From an uncultured delta proteobacterium (GTDB lineage: Bacteria; Desulfobacterota; Binatia; UBA9968): a stretch of 64,000 nt of DNA. The DNA lies in assembly GCA_963771465.1 (NCBI GenBank), contig CAVYTU010000014.1:416001-480000 (forward strand), in the 5' to 3' direction. Below the pieces are notes generated by a model. That model was not told the origin of the DNA and searched no databases. It saw only the letters and a list, made by a program, of their open reading frames with translations. The translations under genes and the position numbers were made by a program. Below are positions 1 through 9,595 of this stretch, piece by piece (the stretch's first letter is position 1; every line of letters starts with the position of its first letter).

Positions 1-966
1 TCCGACGATCCCAGCGCCGCCAAAGGCGGCGATCTGGGTTGGATGACGCAGGGGCAACTCCCGCCGCAGCTGGCGCCGATCTTCCAACTTGAGAAAGGTC
101 AGGTCAGTGAAGTAATTGAAACGCCGATGGGCTATCAGATCGTCAAGATCGAAGATACCAAAGCGGAGAAAGCTCCGTCGTTGAAAGAAGCGACGGCTGA
201 CATTACCAAGACACTTAAAACCGAAAAAGCCAAACGTGAAGCCGGTAAGATCGCCGAGCGCGACCGTGAAAAAGCGCTATCGGGAACAGACTTCGCCAAG
301 CTTGCCCAGGAAAGCGGCGCAAGTATTAACGTAACCCCATGGTTCGCCAATGGTGAGGCCATTCCAGAGGTCGGCGCCAATCAAGAGTTTTACAAAAGCG
401 CTTTTAGCTTGGGCGCTAAAGATGTCAGTTCGATTATCACCGGCTCTGCCAGCTATTATCTTTTACGCGTCAAAGAGCGTAAGGAGCCCAATGTTCCACC
501 GCTCGAAAACGTCAGAGGTCAAATCGAAAAGGGTCTCAAAGAGTCCAAAGCCTACGAATTGGCGCTACAAAAGGGCAACAGCTTGATCGAGCAGCTCAAG
601 AAGGAAAAGGACATCGGTAAGCTCGCCGGCGCCAACAACGTGAAATTGGAAGAGACCGGGTGGTTTCAGCGCAACGCACCGGAGTTGCCGAAAATCGGCG
701 AACTTCCCGACCTGAGAACCGGCGGGTTGCCGCTCTCTGCGCAGAAGCCGTTGGCCGATAAACTCTATACGCAAAAAGACGCAGCCTACGTGCTTGCGTT
801 CAAGGACAGTCAACCCGCCGACATGGAAGCATTCGAACGGGAGAAGGACAATCTCAAAAAACAAACGCTGGCGGAAAATCGCCAGCGCGCGCTAGTTAAG
901 TTTTTGGAGAGCCTCAAAGCCAAAGCCAACATCAAAGTCAATAACGCCTTTCTCGAGGCGATCTGA
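1..966 (+). CDS. ppiD: PpiD/SurA-type parvulin peptidyl-prolyl isomerase/chaperone, 5'-truncated by the window
   Basis: Frame open from base 1: SDDPSAAKGGDLGW...GQVSEVIETPMGYQIVK is the rotamase signature; a second degenerate parvulin repeat and the C-terminal LKAKANIKVN match PpiD. Confidence 0.8.
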   Translation, partial: SDDPSAAKGGDLGWMTQGQLPPQLAPIFQLEKGQVSEVIETPMGYQIVKIEDTKAEKAPSLKEATADITKTLKTEKAKREAGKIAERDREKALSGTDFAKLAQESGASINVTPWFANGEAIPEVGANQEFYKSAFSLGAKDVSSIITGSASYYLLRVKERKEPNVPPLENVRGQIEKGLKESKAYELALQKGNSLIEQLKKEKDIGKLAGANNVKLEETGWFQRNAPELPKIGELPDLRTGGLPLSAQKPLADKLYTQKDAAYVLAFKDSQPADMEAFEREKDNLKKQTLAENRQRALVKFLESLKAKANIKVNNAFLEAI

Positions 967-988
967 TGTTTCGGCGCAGGACGCTCGC

Positions 989-1615
989 GTGCAGATTGTC
1001 TTAGTGCGCCACGGCGCCACCGACTGGAACTTGGAGCACCGCTGCCAAGGCTCGTCGGATCGCGATCTGAGCGCCGTCGGCGTGCGCCAAGCTGAAGATC
1101 TCGCCGTGCACTTGCGCGGCGAGAACATCGGCGCGATCTATGCCAGCGACTTGAAGCGCGCCCGGCGCACCGCGGAAGCGATCGGCCAGGCGCATCATCT
1201 GCCGGTGATTATCGAAGAGCGCATTCGCGAGCTCGATCACGGCAAGCTCGAAGGACTTACTTTTAGCGAGATCAAAGCGAACTTCGGCGAATTTTTAACG
1301 CGTTGGCGTACCGAGCCGGCGGAACTGCAGGTCCCAGGCGGCGAAAGATTGATCGATGTCGCCGAGCGCGCCTGGATCGGTTTGAATGACATCGTCACGC
1401 GCCACGGTTCAAGCGAGAATATCGTCGTGGTCAGTCATAACTTTCCCATCGTCGGTGTCGTCTGCAAGATTACCGGCACTCACCTAAACGACTATCGCAA
1501 GTTTCACCTCGACCCGTGCGGCGTTAGCCGGCTACACTGTAACGGCGACGGCCGATGGCAAGTCACGCACGTCAATAGCAGGGAATATCCCGCACGCTCA
1601 GACTCTCTGGCGTAG
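989..1615 (+). CDS. histidine phosphatase family protein (phosphoglycerate mutase/CobC-like)
   Basis: RHG catalytic motif (LVRHGAT), SDLKRA, RELDHG, GGE, VVSH. Confidence 0.9.
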   Translation: MQIVLVRHGATDWNLEHRCQGSSDRDLSAVGVRQAEDLAVHLRGENIGAIYASDLKRARRTAEAIGQAHHLPVIIEERIRELDHGKLEGLTFSEIKANFGEFLTRWRTEPAELQVPGGERLIDVAERAWIGLNDIVTRHGSSENIVVVSHNFPIVGVVCKITGTHLNDYRKFHLDPCGVSRLHCNGDGRWQVTHVNSREYPARSDSLA

Positions 1616-1641
1616 TCGTTACGCCGTGGAACCCTTATCAT

Positions 1642-1709
1642 CCGGATTCCGCAGTTGAAATAATGGCGTGCGCCTCGCTCGCTGTTTAAATTGCAACCAC
1701 GGAATCCGG
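1642..1709. repeat. inverted repeat/hairpin between convergent genes (REP-like, possible bidirectional terminator)
   Basis: CCGGATTCCG (1642-1651) pairs with CGGAATCCGG (1700-1709), extended inward by GTTG/CAAC. Confidence 0.55.
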
Positions 1710-1720
1710 GATCACCGGCA

Positions 1721-3265
1721 CTAGGCCGAATCTTTCTTGGCGATCCAACCGATGGAAAAGAAGAGTAGCGCGAGCAGCAAGTAGGCGGCAAAAAACTCCG
1801 GCGCGGCCATGAGGCCGAATCGGCTGGTAATCCCGCTCGCGGTGAGATCATAGGCGTGAATGATGCCGAGTGCGGACAGTACCGCGGCCGCAAGCGACCA
1901 CGCGCCGGCGGTGGCGAATTTTCTCTCGATCAACGCCACGCCGATGGCGGCAAGAATCATCGAGGTAAAAATAAATCCGCGCTCGAGGGAGATCATGCCA
2001 TGAATCGCGACACTTTCGTGACTAAACTTGCCCAATCCGACTGCGAACAAAGATTTGTCCGCCGCCCGCAGACCGGTCTCGATCATCATCAAGCCCCAGC
2101 CTGCCAGCGCTGGAACGATGCCCAGCGCCACCGCCGGCGCATGCTCTTTCGGTGTTTCCTGAAACGACTGAGCGACGATGATGATGCCGATGTAAAGGAG
2201 AATACCGATGCCGGCCTCGAGCGGGATTAGCCCGAGCACAGCCTGAATCGTACCGGTGAGGCAGAGAAAACTGATAAACACGCCGTTGAGCGCGGAATAG
2301 CCCGAGCGCGCGCCGAGCCGTTTCCAACCGGGATGACCGATATAGATGGTCGTCGGAAACACACTGCCGAAAAGCGCCGCGACGACGGAACCGATACCGT
2401 TGGCCATGAGCGAGGGAAAAGTCTTGAAGCGATCGCCCGCCGCCTCGGCGCTCTCGATATTCTGCAGCGAACCGACAACGTTGAATATCCCCATGGGGAA
2501 AATCACCGAGAAATAATTCAAGAACGCCGGATGGGTGAGCGCTTCCCAGAGTGAATCGCCGGTGAACGCCGGCAGCGACAACGACCAATGGACCGACAGC
2601 GCCTTGCCGTCCATCGTGCCCAGTGTCCAACCCAAGATCGTGCCGACCGCGATGGCGACCATGCCGCCGGGCAGACCGAGCGGCAATTTCTGATGGGAAA
2701 AGTAAGCGACGAAAATCAGCGCCATCGGCACCAGCGCAACCAACGGCTGAGCGAAAATCTTGAAAGTAAAATCCATGGCGATGAAAGTAATCGCGATGCC
2801 GGATAGCGCCGACAAGAGCGCCGCTCGCGGCGTGACTCGGCGCACCGCCTCGGCGACAAACGCGCCGAAGATTTCGATCACACCGTTGAGAAAGCAGGCG
2901 ACCAGGCCAACCTTCCACGCCCACACCGGATCTTTGGTTTCCTGCACGATCGGCAGCATGATGAAAAAAACAAATGCAAAAAGGCTCACGGTATTGATGC
3001 CATAAGGCAACGCCGTGACATCATCCCGTCCAGTCTCGCGCGCCAGGCGGCGGGCCTGCCAAGCGTAAAAGAAGTTACCGACGAGAATCGAGATCGCTGC
3101 GCCGGGAAGAATCTTGCCGAAGATGTAACTATCGGGCAGTTGAATCAGCTCGCGGCACAAACCGACGATCAAAATCAATTGAATGAGATTGTCGATCATC
3201 AGGCCGAAAAAACCGTCGAGATCTTTACGAACAAACCAAGGTGGATTTACCGCTGTTTGCGCCAT
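1721..3265 (-). CDS. NCS2/AzgA-type nucleobase permease family protein
   Basis: Many TM helices; DLDGFFGLMIDNL, TALPYGIN, NIESAEAAGD, PTTIYIGHPGWK typical of this family. Confidence 0.8.
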   Translation of the reverse strand: MAQTAVNPPWFVRKDLDGFFGLMIDNLIQLILIVGLCRELIQLPDSYIFGKILPGAAISILVGNFFYAWQARRLARETGRDDVTALPYGINTVSLFAFVFFIMLPIVQETKDPVWAWKVGLVACFLNGVIEIFGAFVAEAVRRVTPRAALLSALSGIAITFIAMDFTFKIFAQPLVALVPMALIFVAYFSHQKLPLGLPGGMVAIAVGTILGWTLGTMDGKALSVHWSLSLPAFTGDSLWEALTHPAFLNYFSVIFPMGIFNVVGSLQNIESAEAAGDRFKTFPSLMANGIGSVVAALFGSVFPTTIYIGHPGWKRLGARSGYSALNGVFISFLCLTGTIQAVLGLIPLEAGIGILLYIGIIIVAQSFQETPKEHAPAVALGIVPALAGWGLMMIETGLRAADKSLFAVGLGKFSHESVAIHGMISLERGFIFTSMILAAIGVALIERKFATAGAWSLAAAVLSALGIIHAYDLTASGITSRFGLMAAPEFFAAYLLLALLFFSIGWIAKKDSA

Positions 3266-3293
3266 GAATGATTCCCGCTGTGAATTTCCGCCG

Positions 3294-3323
3294 ACTGTAG
3301 CTGTCGATGCTTTGTGGTGTCAA
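3294..3323 (-). promoter_or_regulatory. sigma70-type promoter of the permease
   Basis: Minus strand TTGACA-N18-TACAGT, 28 nt upstream of the ATG. Confidence 0.55.
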
Positions 3324-3383
3324 ACCCGCAGTAGGTCCAATCAACTTGAAACCCCCTATAAGGGACGATAAAAGTGTAAACCA

Positions 3384-4067
3384 ATGTCGACTCTGTTGTT
3401 CAAAGATCTAGGCACGCTCGAATTCCCCGCCGCGCTCTGCTTGCAAGAGCGGCTTGTCGAGCTCAAGCACCGGGAGGCTTCAAGCGACATTCTGCTCTTC
3501 CTCGAGCATCCCCATGTCTACACGCTCGGGCGTGGTGGCAACGAACTTAATGTCCGATGCGCGCAAGACGTGCCGGTTTATCGCACCAGTCGTGGTGGCG
3601 ATGTCACTTACCATGGACCCGGACAGTTAGTGGTTTATCCGATCATCGATCTGCGCTCGAAGCTGCGCAAAGACGTGCACCGCTACGTGAGAAATTTGGA
3701 ACAGAGCGCGATTGACACATTGGCGGATTTTGGCGTCGCCACGACGCGCCGCCCGCCGCACACGGGGATTTGGATCGAAGCTAGAAAGATCACCGCTATC
3801 GGCGTCGCCGTGCGCCGCGCCATCACCTACCATGGCCTGGCGCTTAACGTGAACACCGACCTTGGCTACTTCGAGCGTATCGTGCCCTGCGGCCTTATCT
3901 GGGCTGATGTGACTTCGATGCAAAAGGAACTCGGTAGCGAGCAGAACTTAGGCGCTGTTCGAGAGCGGTTCCTCCATCACTTCGCCGAGATCTTCGGTTA
4001 TCACGATATCATCGAGGACACCGCGCAGCCCGGCGATTTGAACGGTTTGAACGATTTGAACACGTGA
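3384..4067 (+). CDS. lipB: lipoyl(octanoyl) transferase LipB
   Basis: EHPHVYTLG, RGGDVTYHGPGQLVVYP, HGLALN, IVPCG; directly upstream of lipA. Confidence 0.95.
   Translation: MSTLLFKDLGTLEFPAALCLQERLVELKHREASSDILLFLEHPHVYTLGRGGNELNVRCAQDVPVYRTSRGGDVTYHGPGQLVVYPIIDLRSKLRKDVHRYVRNLEQSAIDTLADFGVATTRRPPHTGIWIEARKITAIGVAVRRAITYHGLALNVNTDLGYFERIVPCGLIWADVTSMQKELGSEQNLGAVRERFLHHFAEIFGYHDIIEDTAQPGDLNGLNDLNT
4034..4060 (+). repeat. 9-mer tandem micro-array x3 (CGATTTGAA CGGTTTGAA CGATTTGAA)
   Basis: Read directly; lies inside the lipB 3' end and encodes DLNGLNDLN. Confidence 0.8.
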
Positions 4068-4921
4068 ATCTTATGGGCCGAAGACATCCCGACTGGATCA
4101 AAGTCAAAGCGCCGGGTAATCCCAACTACCTGCGGCTCAAACGCTTGATGCGCGAGAAAAATCTTCACACGGTCTGCGAGGAAGCGCGCTGTCCGAATAT
4201 CGGCGAGTGCTGGGGCAATAAGACCGCGACGTTTTTGATCCTCGGCGACACCTGCACGCGCGGTTGCCGTTTTTGCGCCATAGATAAAGGCAAACCGCTG
4301 GCGCTCGATCCCGAAGAACCGCGCAACGTGGCGCTGACCGTCAAAGAACTTGGTCTCGATCATATTGTCGTCACGTCGGTCAATCGCGACGATCTTGCCG
4401 ACGGCGGCGCCGATCATTTCGCCAGGACGGTTTTTTGGATTAAGAATCTAAATCCGGGAATACGAGTGGAATTGTTGATTCCCGACTTCGAAGGCAACCT
4501 GGCTGCGTTGCAAACCGTCGTCGATTCAGGAATAGAAATTCTTAACCACAATATTGAGACCGTGCCGCGCCTCTACGGCAAAGTCCGGCCAGGCCACACC
4601 TACGAATGTTCGGTGAATATCCTGAGCACCGCAAAAAAGCTGCAACCGGAGATGTTAACCAAAACCGGGATGATGCTCGGCGTCGGCGAGACCAAAGACG
4701 AAGTGATGACAACGCTACGCGATTTACGGGCCAACGACGTCGACATTGTCACTCTCGGACAATATCTCCAGCCGTCGGCGAAACTTTTGCCGGTCGATCG
4801 TTACGTGACGCCGGAAGAATTTGTCGAATTCAAGAACCAAGCCGACAAGCTGGGTTTTCGCCACGTCGAGTCCGGCCCGTTGGTGCGCAGCTCCTATCAC
4901 GCCTGGAGCCATGTCAATTGA
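4064..4921 (+). CDS. lipA: lipoyl synthase LipA (alternative ATG at 4073)
   Basis: CX4CX5C (CEEARCPNIGEC), radical SAM CTRGCRFC, C-terminal RSSY. Confidence 0.97.
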   Translation: MNLMGRRHPDWIKVKAPGNPNYLRLKRLMREKNLHTVCEEARCPNIGECWGNKTATFLILGDTCTRGCRFCAIDKGKPLALDPEEPRNVALTVKELGLDHIVVTSVNRDDLADGGADHFARTVFWIKNLNPGIRVELLIPDFEGNLAALQTVVDSGIEILNHNIETVPRLYGKVRPGHTYECSVNILSTAKKLQPEMLTKTGMMLGVGETKDEVMTTLRDLRANDVDIVTLGQYLQPSAKLLPVDRYVTPEEFVEFKNQADKLGFRHVESGPLVRSSYHAWSHVN

Positions 4922-4969
4922 AGCTCTTCCAAATTTACCGAATCGTGTGACCATTTAAGGAGGTTTGCT

Positions 4970-5335
4970 ATGAAAGTACTGCGCATGCGCTCATGGAATG
5001 TTCATGCCGACAAACTGGATGAGATGGCCAGCTTTTACCAAACCGCGTTAGGCGCGGAAGTGAAAGCACAACAAACCATTGCCGGAGTTAAAGTCGTCCG
5101 ATTGCAGGCCGGCGAGACCGGAGTCGGTCTGTTCGACGCTGCCGAGAAGCGCGCGCCCGGCGTGCCGCATCACACCTTCGATATCGAAGGACCGAATGAT
5201 CCTCAGGAACTGATCAAAGAGCTCGAAAGCAAGGCGATCAAAACCGATGGCATGCGCGTGCATGGCCAAGGACCGGGTTATTCGGTTTACATCATCGATC
5301 CGAGCGGCAATCGCATCGAACTGTCCAAAGATTAA
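4970..5335 (+). CDS. VOC/glyoxalase family protein
   Basis: FYQTALG, HHTF, DPSGNRIEL; SD AAGGAGG upstream. Confidence 0.85.
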   Translation: MKVLRMRSWNVHADKLDEMASFYQTALGAEVKAQQTIAGVKVVRLQAGETGVGLFDAAEKRAPGVPHHTFDIEGPNDPQELIKELESKAIKTDGMRVHGQGPGYSVYIIDPSGNRIELSKD

Positions 5336-5342
5336 TGGGCGG

Positions 5343-6683
5343 TTAACTCTTCGCCATTCTTGCCGACAACCAACGCGCGGTGCGTAACAGCCGCGCGTCA
5401 CCGCCGCGCGGACCGACGAGCTGCACCCCGATGGGCAAGCCGCTCGTGCTTTGCAGCAGTGGTAACGTGATGCAGGGCATGCCGCAAAGCGTCCATAAGG
5501 TGCAAAACGACGGATCGCCGGTCGATGTAAGCCCCTTGGGCGCGGCGCTCGGCGCGGCGGGTGTGAGAATCGCGTCGTAGCGCTGTTCGAAAAGTTCAAT
5601 GAAGCTTTCGTGTATTGGGACAATTTGCTTGAGCGCATGCTGGTAACCAAAGGCGGTCACGGCGCGGCCGATGTCGATTTGTTTGCGCAGCTGTTCGGAC
5701 AGGCGCGCGCAGTCGCTGTTCCATTCGCGCGCTAGATTGAACGCCATTTCCGCGCTCATGATCGTCTGATGCCACTGCCACGCGTTAGACGCCGACGGGA
5801 AAAGTTCGACTTCTTCGACCTGAACACCGAGCTGTTCGACGATCTCGGCGAAACCTTCTTGGGTGTCATCGTCGGCCAGCTGCCACATCGGTGTCTTGAT
5901 GAAGGCGAACATCGGCGCCAACGGCGGCTCGTCCCCGGCAACCGCAGTAAATGGAATCCGCGCGCGCGGCCGGGTGTCGGGATCGTTCTCATCGTAGGCA
6001 ACCAACTGCTCGGCAAGTAGTGCAATATCGTCGATGCTGCGCGCGAACAGTCCGACATGATCGAGAGTGCGCGAAAGCGGTGAAACGCGATGGCGCGAAA
6101 TCAGTCCGTGGGTTGGCTTGAAGCCGATGACACCACAGTATGCCGCGGGACGAATCGTCGATCCGTTGGTCTGGCTGCCGAGTGCGAGCGGCGCCATGTT
6201 CGCCCCGATCGCCGCCGCCGAGCCGCTCGACGAGCCGCCCGGTGTGTGCTCGGGGTTATGCGGATTGCGCGTTTTTCCCGGCGAAAAATAGGCGAACTCC
6301 GTGGTAACCGTCTTGCCCATGATCACTGCGCCGGCGGCGCGTAACAATGAAATCGCCGTTGCGTCACGCGACGGCGTGCGCCCGGCGTAAATCACCGAAC
6401 CGTTTTCCGTCGGCATGTCGGCGGTGTCGAAAATATCTTTGATCGCGATGGGAACACCGTGCAGCGGTCCGATGGGTTTGCCCTCGAGGCGAAGTTGGTC
6501 CAGAGCGCGTGCTTGCTTGAGCGCGTAATCGGGATCGAGAAACGCCCAAGCCTGCACCTGGGCATCGACTTCTCGAATTCGCTCCAGGTAAGCTTCGACT
6601 AGCTGCTCGGAAGTAATGATCCCGTCGCCAATCAATCGCGCTGCTTCTGATGCTGAAAGCAAATGAAGGTCGGTCAAGTCCAT
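5343..6683 (-). CDS. amidase signature family enzyme
   Basis: GPLHGVPIAIKD, PGGSSSGSAAA, GSQTNGS.IRPAAYCG, GLPIGVQL. Confidence 0.92.
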   Translation of the reverse strand: MDLTDLHLLSASEAARLIGDGIITSEQLVEAYLERIREVDAQVQAWAFLDPDYALKQARALDQLRLEGKPIGPLHGVPIAIKDIFDTADMPTENGSVIYAGRTPSRDATAISLLRAAGAVIMGKTVTTEFAYFSPGKTRNPHNPEHTPGGSSSGSAAAIGANMAPLALGSQTNGSTIRPAAYCGVIGFKPTHGLISRHRVSPLSRTLDHVGLFARSIDDIALLAEQLVAYDENDPDTRPRARIPFTAVAGDEPPLAPMFAFIKTPMWQLADDDTQEGFAEIVEQLGVQVEEVELFPSASNAWQWHQTIMSAEMAFNLAREWNSDCARLSEQLRKQIDIGRAVTAFGYQHALKQIVPIHESFIELFEQRYDAILTPAAPSAAPKGLTSTGDPSFCTLWTLCGMPCITLPLLQSTSGLPIGVQLVGPRGGDARLLRTARWLSARMAKS

Positions 6684-6718
6684 TGCGTCCGCTTCACGGT
6701 TGGGAGACGTCGATCAAA

Positions 6719-6754
6719 CGTTTTGAGCTGCTTGAACGTCTTCAACAGTTTGAA
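6719..6754 (+). repeat. 9-mer tandem micro-array x4 (CGTTTTGAG CTGCTTGAA CGTCTTCAA CAGTTTGAA)
   Basis: Intergenic between dctM and the amidase; same family as 4034 and 39902. Confidence 0.7.
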
Positions 6755-6759
6755 CCTCG

Positions 6760-8844
6760 TCAATTCCCATAAAGAAACTCCGGCAGCCACAATGTCATGC
6801 CCGGCCAGATGTACATGAACACGAGGCAGATGCAGACAATAATCATGTAAGGCATCATACCGGCGAAAATTTGGTTGAGCGTGACATGCTTCGGGGCCAC
6901 GCCTTTTAGATAGAACGCCGACATCGCCACCGGCGGCGACAAGAAAGCCGCCTGGAGATTGACCGCTACCATCGTGCCGAACAGAATCGGGTCGACGTTG
7001 AAGTGGCCGAGCAACGGAACAAATATCGGGCAAAAAATAACGATGATCTCCGTCCACTCCAGGGGCCAACCGAGCAGAAAAATGATCACCTGGGAAACAA
7101 AAAGGAAGCCCAGGGGCGATAGATTCATGCCGAGCACCCAGCGCTCGATCAAACCCTGGCCGCCGTGCAAAGCGAAGACGCCGGAAAACAGCGCCGAGCC
7201 GATGAACAACCAACACACCATCGCCGTCGTCTTGGCGGTAAGAAAAGTCGCTTCCTGAAGATTGCGCCGGAGCTCGGGTGATTTCGGCAGCGCGATGATT
7301 AGCGGAATCCCCGTGCCGACAAACGTCGCGCCCAAGGATCCTGAAACGATCAACGTGGCGATATCGCCGCGCTGCAAGCCGAGCCCCACGCCGATGATCG
7401 CGCCGAGAAGACTCCACCAACCACAACTGCGCGGAAACTTCACCATGACCGCGAGGTAGAGCGCGCCTAATGCGCCAATTGCTGCAGACTCGGTCGCCGT
7501 GCAGATGCCCAAGAGAATCACCACCAGCACGACGATGGTCAACACTCCCAGCGGCACCACCGCGATCGCCAGTTCCTTGAGAATTTGAAACTGTTCTCCG
7601 TCCATGCGCCGGTAGTAATAAGCCAGTAGGAGCGTCGAAAGCGCGACGAATGCCCAAAACCAAGTATAAAATTGCGCCGGTACTTTGCTGCCCGTCGCCG
7701 CGGCCGGCTCCGCGAGGGAACTCATTTCTTGGGGCGGCGCATCAACTGGACGCGCCGGTTCGCTTGACTCGATCGTGGTCTCCGCCGAACCGAGTTCTTG
7801 TGGTCTCGCTTCAGAACTCCCCAACTCTTGCGGCTTTTCGTCCGCGCCGCCAAGCTGCTGCGCTTTGTCAGGTTGTGGTGGCGCAGCCGCCGGCGGTGGT
7901 AACACCGACGGAGGCGTTGAGACAATCGCGCTGGCCGCCGCCGGCGCATTGTGAATGACCACATACCACCAAGTGCCAGCGTAGGTTCCGATGGTGAGCG
8001 CCAACGGCACCATCAGAACAAGAAAATTGGTGACGAAAAATCCGTACCTGACGGGGTTACCATCGGGCTGAGTCGCGCCGCGCAGTTTCCCTGGTTGGAA
8101 AAGCAGCGAGATAATGCCACCAAACACGCGCTTTGACGGGCCTCGTTGGAGACGCTGCAACCAGTCCGGAACCGCAACCCGGTACTGATCCGGCGGCAGT
8201 TTTGGCGCTATCTTCGGATTGATTATTGCCCAGCCTAGAATATAGACGAGATAGAGAAACGTCAGGAAAAAACCGGGGATCATCGCAGCGGCGTAGAGCT
8301 TTACAATCGATTGTCCCGCGACCGCGGCGTAGACGATCAGCATGACCGACGGCGGAATGAGAATGCCGAGGGTGCCGCCCGCAGTGATCGCGCCGGCGGC
8401 GAGCCGGACGTCATAGCCGGCGTTGAGCATCGGCCGCATGGCGATGACACCCATTAGGACAACCACCGCGCCAACAATGCCGGAGGCGATGCCCCAAAAC
8501 GCGCAAACGAGCAGCGTCGTAACGGCGAGCGACGCCGGCACGCGGCGAAACGCCAGCTGCACGCTATGAAACATGCGGTCGACCAGGGCCGCCCGTTCCA
8601 TGATGTACCCCATGAAGACAAACAACGGGACGGAGAGCAGCGTGTCGTTAACCATGACACCGTAGGTACGCTGCACCATCAGATCGAAAATCCTATTCTC
8701 CCACCAGTGATGCGCCGGATCCAAGAAAGCGATGTAACCGAAAATCATGCCGAGACCCATGAGCGTAAACGCAGTGGGAAAACCCATCATGATCGCAGCC
8801 ACGATGAGCCCGAGCATCGTCAAGCCGAGCACCGGATCGCTCAT
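6760..8844 (-). CDS. TRAP transporter large permease DctM with internal insertion
   Basis: SVPLFVFMG, GGTLGILIPPS, TATESAAIG, FLSPP; co-transcribed with dctQ/dctP-like genes. Confidence 0.92.
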   Translation of the reverse strand: MSDPVLGLTMLGLIVAAIMMGFPTAFTLMGLGMIFGYIAFLDPAHHWWENRIFDLMVQRTYGVMVNDTLLSVPLFVFMGYIMERAALVDRMFHSVQLAFRRVPASLAVTTLLVCAFWGIASGIVGAVVVLMGVIAMRPMLNAGYDVRLAAGAITAGGTLGILIPPSVMLIVYAAVAGQSIVKLYAAAMIPGFFLTFLYLVYILGWAIINPKIAPKLPPDQYRVAVPDWLQRLQRGPSKRVFGGIISLLFQPGKLRGATQPDGNPVRYGFFVTNFLVLMVPLALTIGTYAGTWWYVVIHNAPAAASAIVSTPPSVLPPPAAAPPQPDKAQQLGGADEKPQELGSSEARPQELGSAETTIESSEPARPVDAPPQEMSSLAEPAAATGSKVPAQFYTWFWAFVALSTLLLAYYYRRMDGEQFQILKELAIAVVPLGVLTIVVLVVILLGICTATESAAIGALGALYLAVMVKFPRSCGWWSLLGAIIGVGLGLQRGDIATLIVSGSLGATFVGTGIPLIIALPKSPELRRNLQEATFLTAKTTAMVCWLFIGSALFSGVFALHGGQGLIERWVLGMNLSPLGFLFVSQVIIFLLGWPLEWTEIIVIFCPIFVPLLGHFNVDPILFGTMVAVNLQAAFLSPPVAMSAFYLKGVAPKHVTLNQIFAGMMPYMIIVCICLVFMYIWPGMTLWLPEFLYGN

Positions 8845-9521
8845 GGCTTTTTCTCTTCCTCTTCCATGTCCCTGGAGCTGCGATGACGCGCCGCGTCGTC
8901 AATGGCATGAGCCGATTTCATGGTTGCCAAGCGCGATTCCTCGTCGATGAATTCGCTATGCGAGAGTTGGCTCTCGATTACGTCGATCTCTTCCACGTCG
9001 TCCAAACGCGCCGGCCAAGCGCCGGTGCGAATGCAAAGGATACAGCGGATGATTTCACCGAGGCCCTGAAGCATGACCAACGTGCCCGCGATCGGAATGA
9101 CTGTTTTGAAGTAGTAGATGGGCGGACCCTCGGCCGTGACATTGGAGTGTTCCGCGATGCGCCAGGAGTCGGCGGCGTAACCGTAGCCCGCGTAAATAAG
9201 CCCGAGGATACCCGGCATGAAAAACAGAAAATACAACGCGAGATCGAGCGACGCCTGAATGCGCGGTTTGAGGTAGATGTAAACGAAGTCAGCGCGTACG
9301 TGGCCGGCGAGCGCCAAGGTGTAAGCGCCACACATCATGAACAGCGTGCCGTAGAGCATATTGTTCAGATCGAAGATCCACGCCGTCGGCGCATTCAAGA
9401 TGTAGCGCTTGAACACCTCGACCGACACTACCAGCGTCAACCCCAGGATCAGCCAGGCGAAGGCTTTGCCGGTCCAGTAACTGATCCGGTCAATGATGCG
9501 GAGCAGCGGTTGAGCGTCCAT
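8841..9521 (-). CDS. TRAP transporter small permease DctQ
   Basis: Four TM helices, GAYTL..GHVRAD motif; 4-nt overlap with dctM. Confidence 0.9.
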   Translation of the reverse strand: MDAQPLLRIIDRISYWTGKAFAWLILGLTLVVSVEVFKRYILNAPTAWIFDLNNMLYGTLFMMCGAYTLALAGHVRADFVYIYLKPRIQASLDLALYFLFFMPGILGLIYAGYGYAADSWRIAEHSNVTAEGPPIYYFKTVIPIAGTLVMLQGLGEIIRCILCIRTGAWPARLDDVEEIDVIESQLSHSEFIDEESRLATMKSAHAIDDAARHRSSRDMEEEEKKP

Positions 9522-9531
9522 GATTTTCTCG

Positions 9532-9570
9532 AAAAAAAGCCAGTCATCCGGTCACAGCCGAATGACTGGC
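9532..9570 (-). terminator. intrinsic terminator/stabilising hairpin after dctP
   Basis: GCCAGTCAT...ATGACTGGC stem (9539-9570) followed on the minus strand by T7. Confidence 0.75.
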
Positions 9571-9595
9571 GTGTTGCACCAATCGGTTCAGGGAT

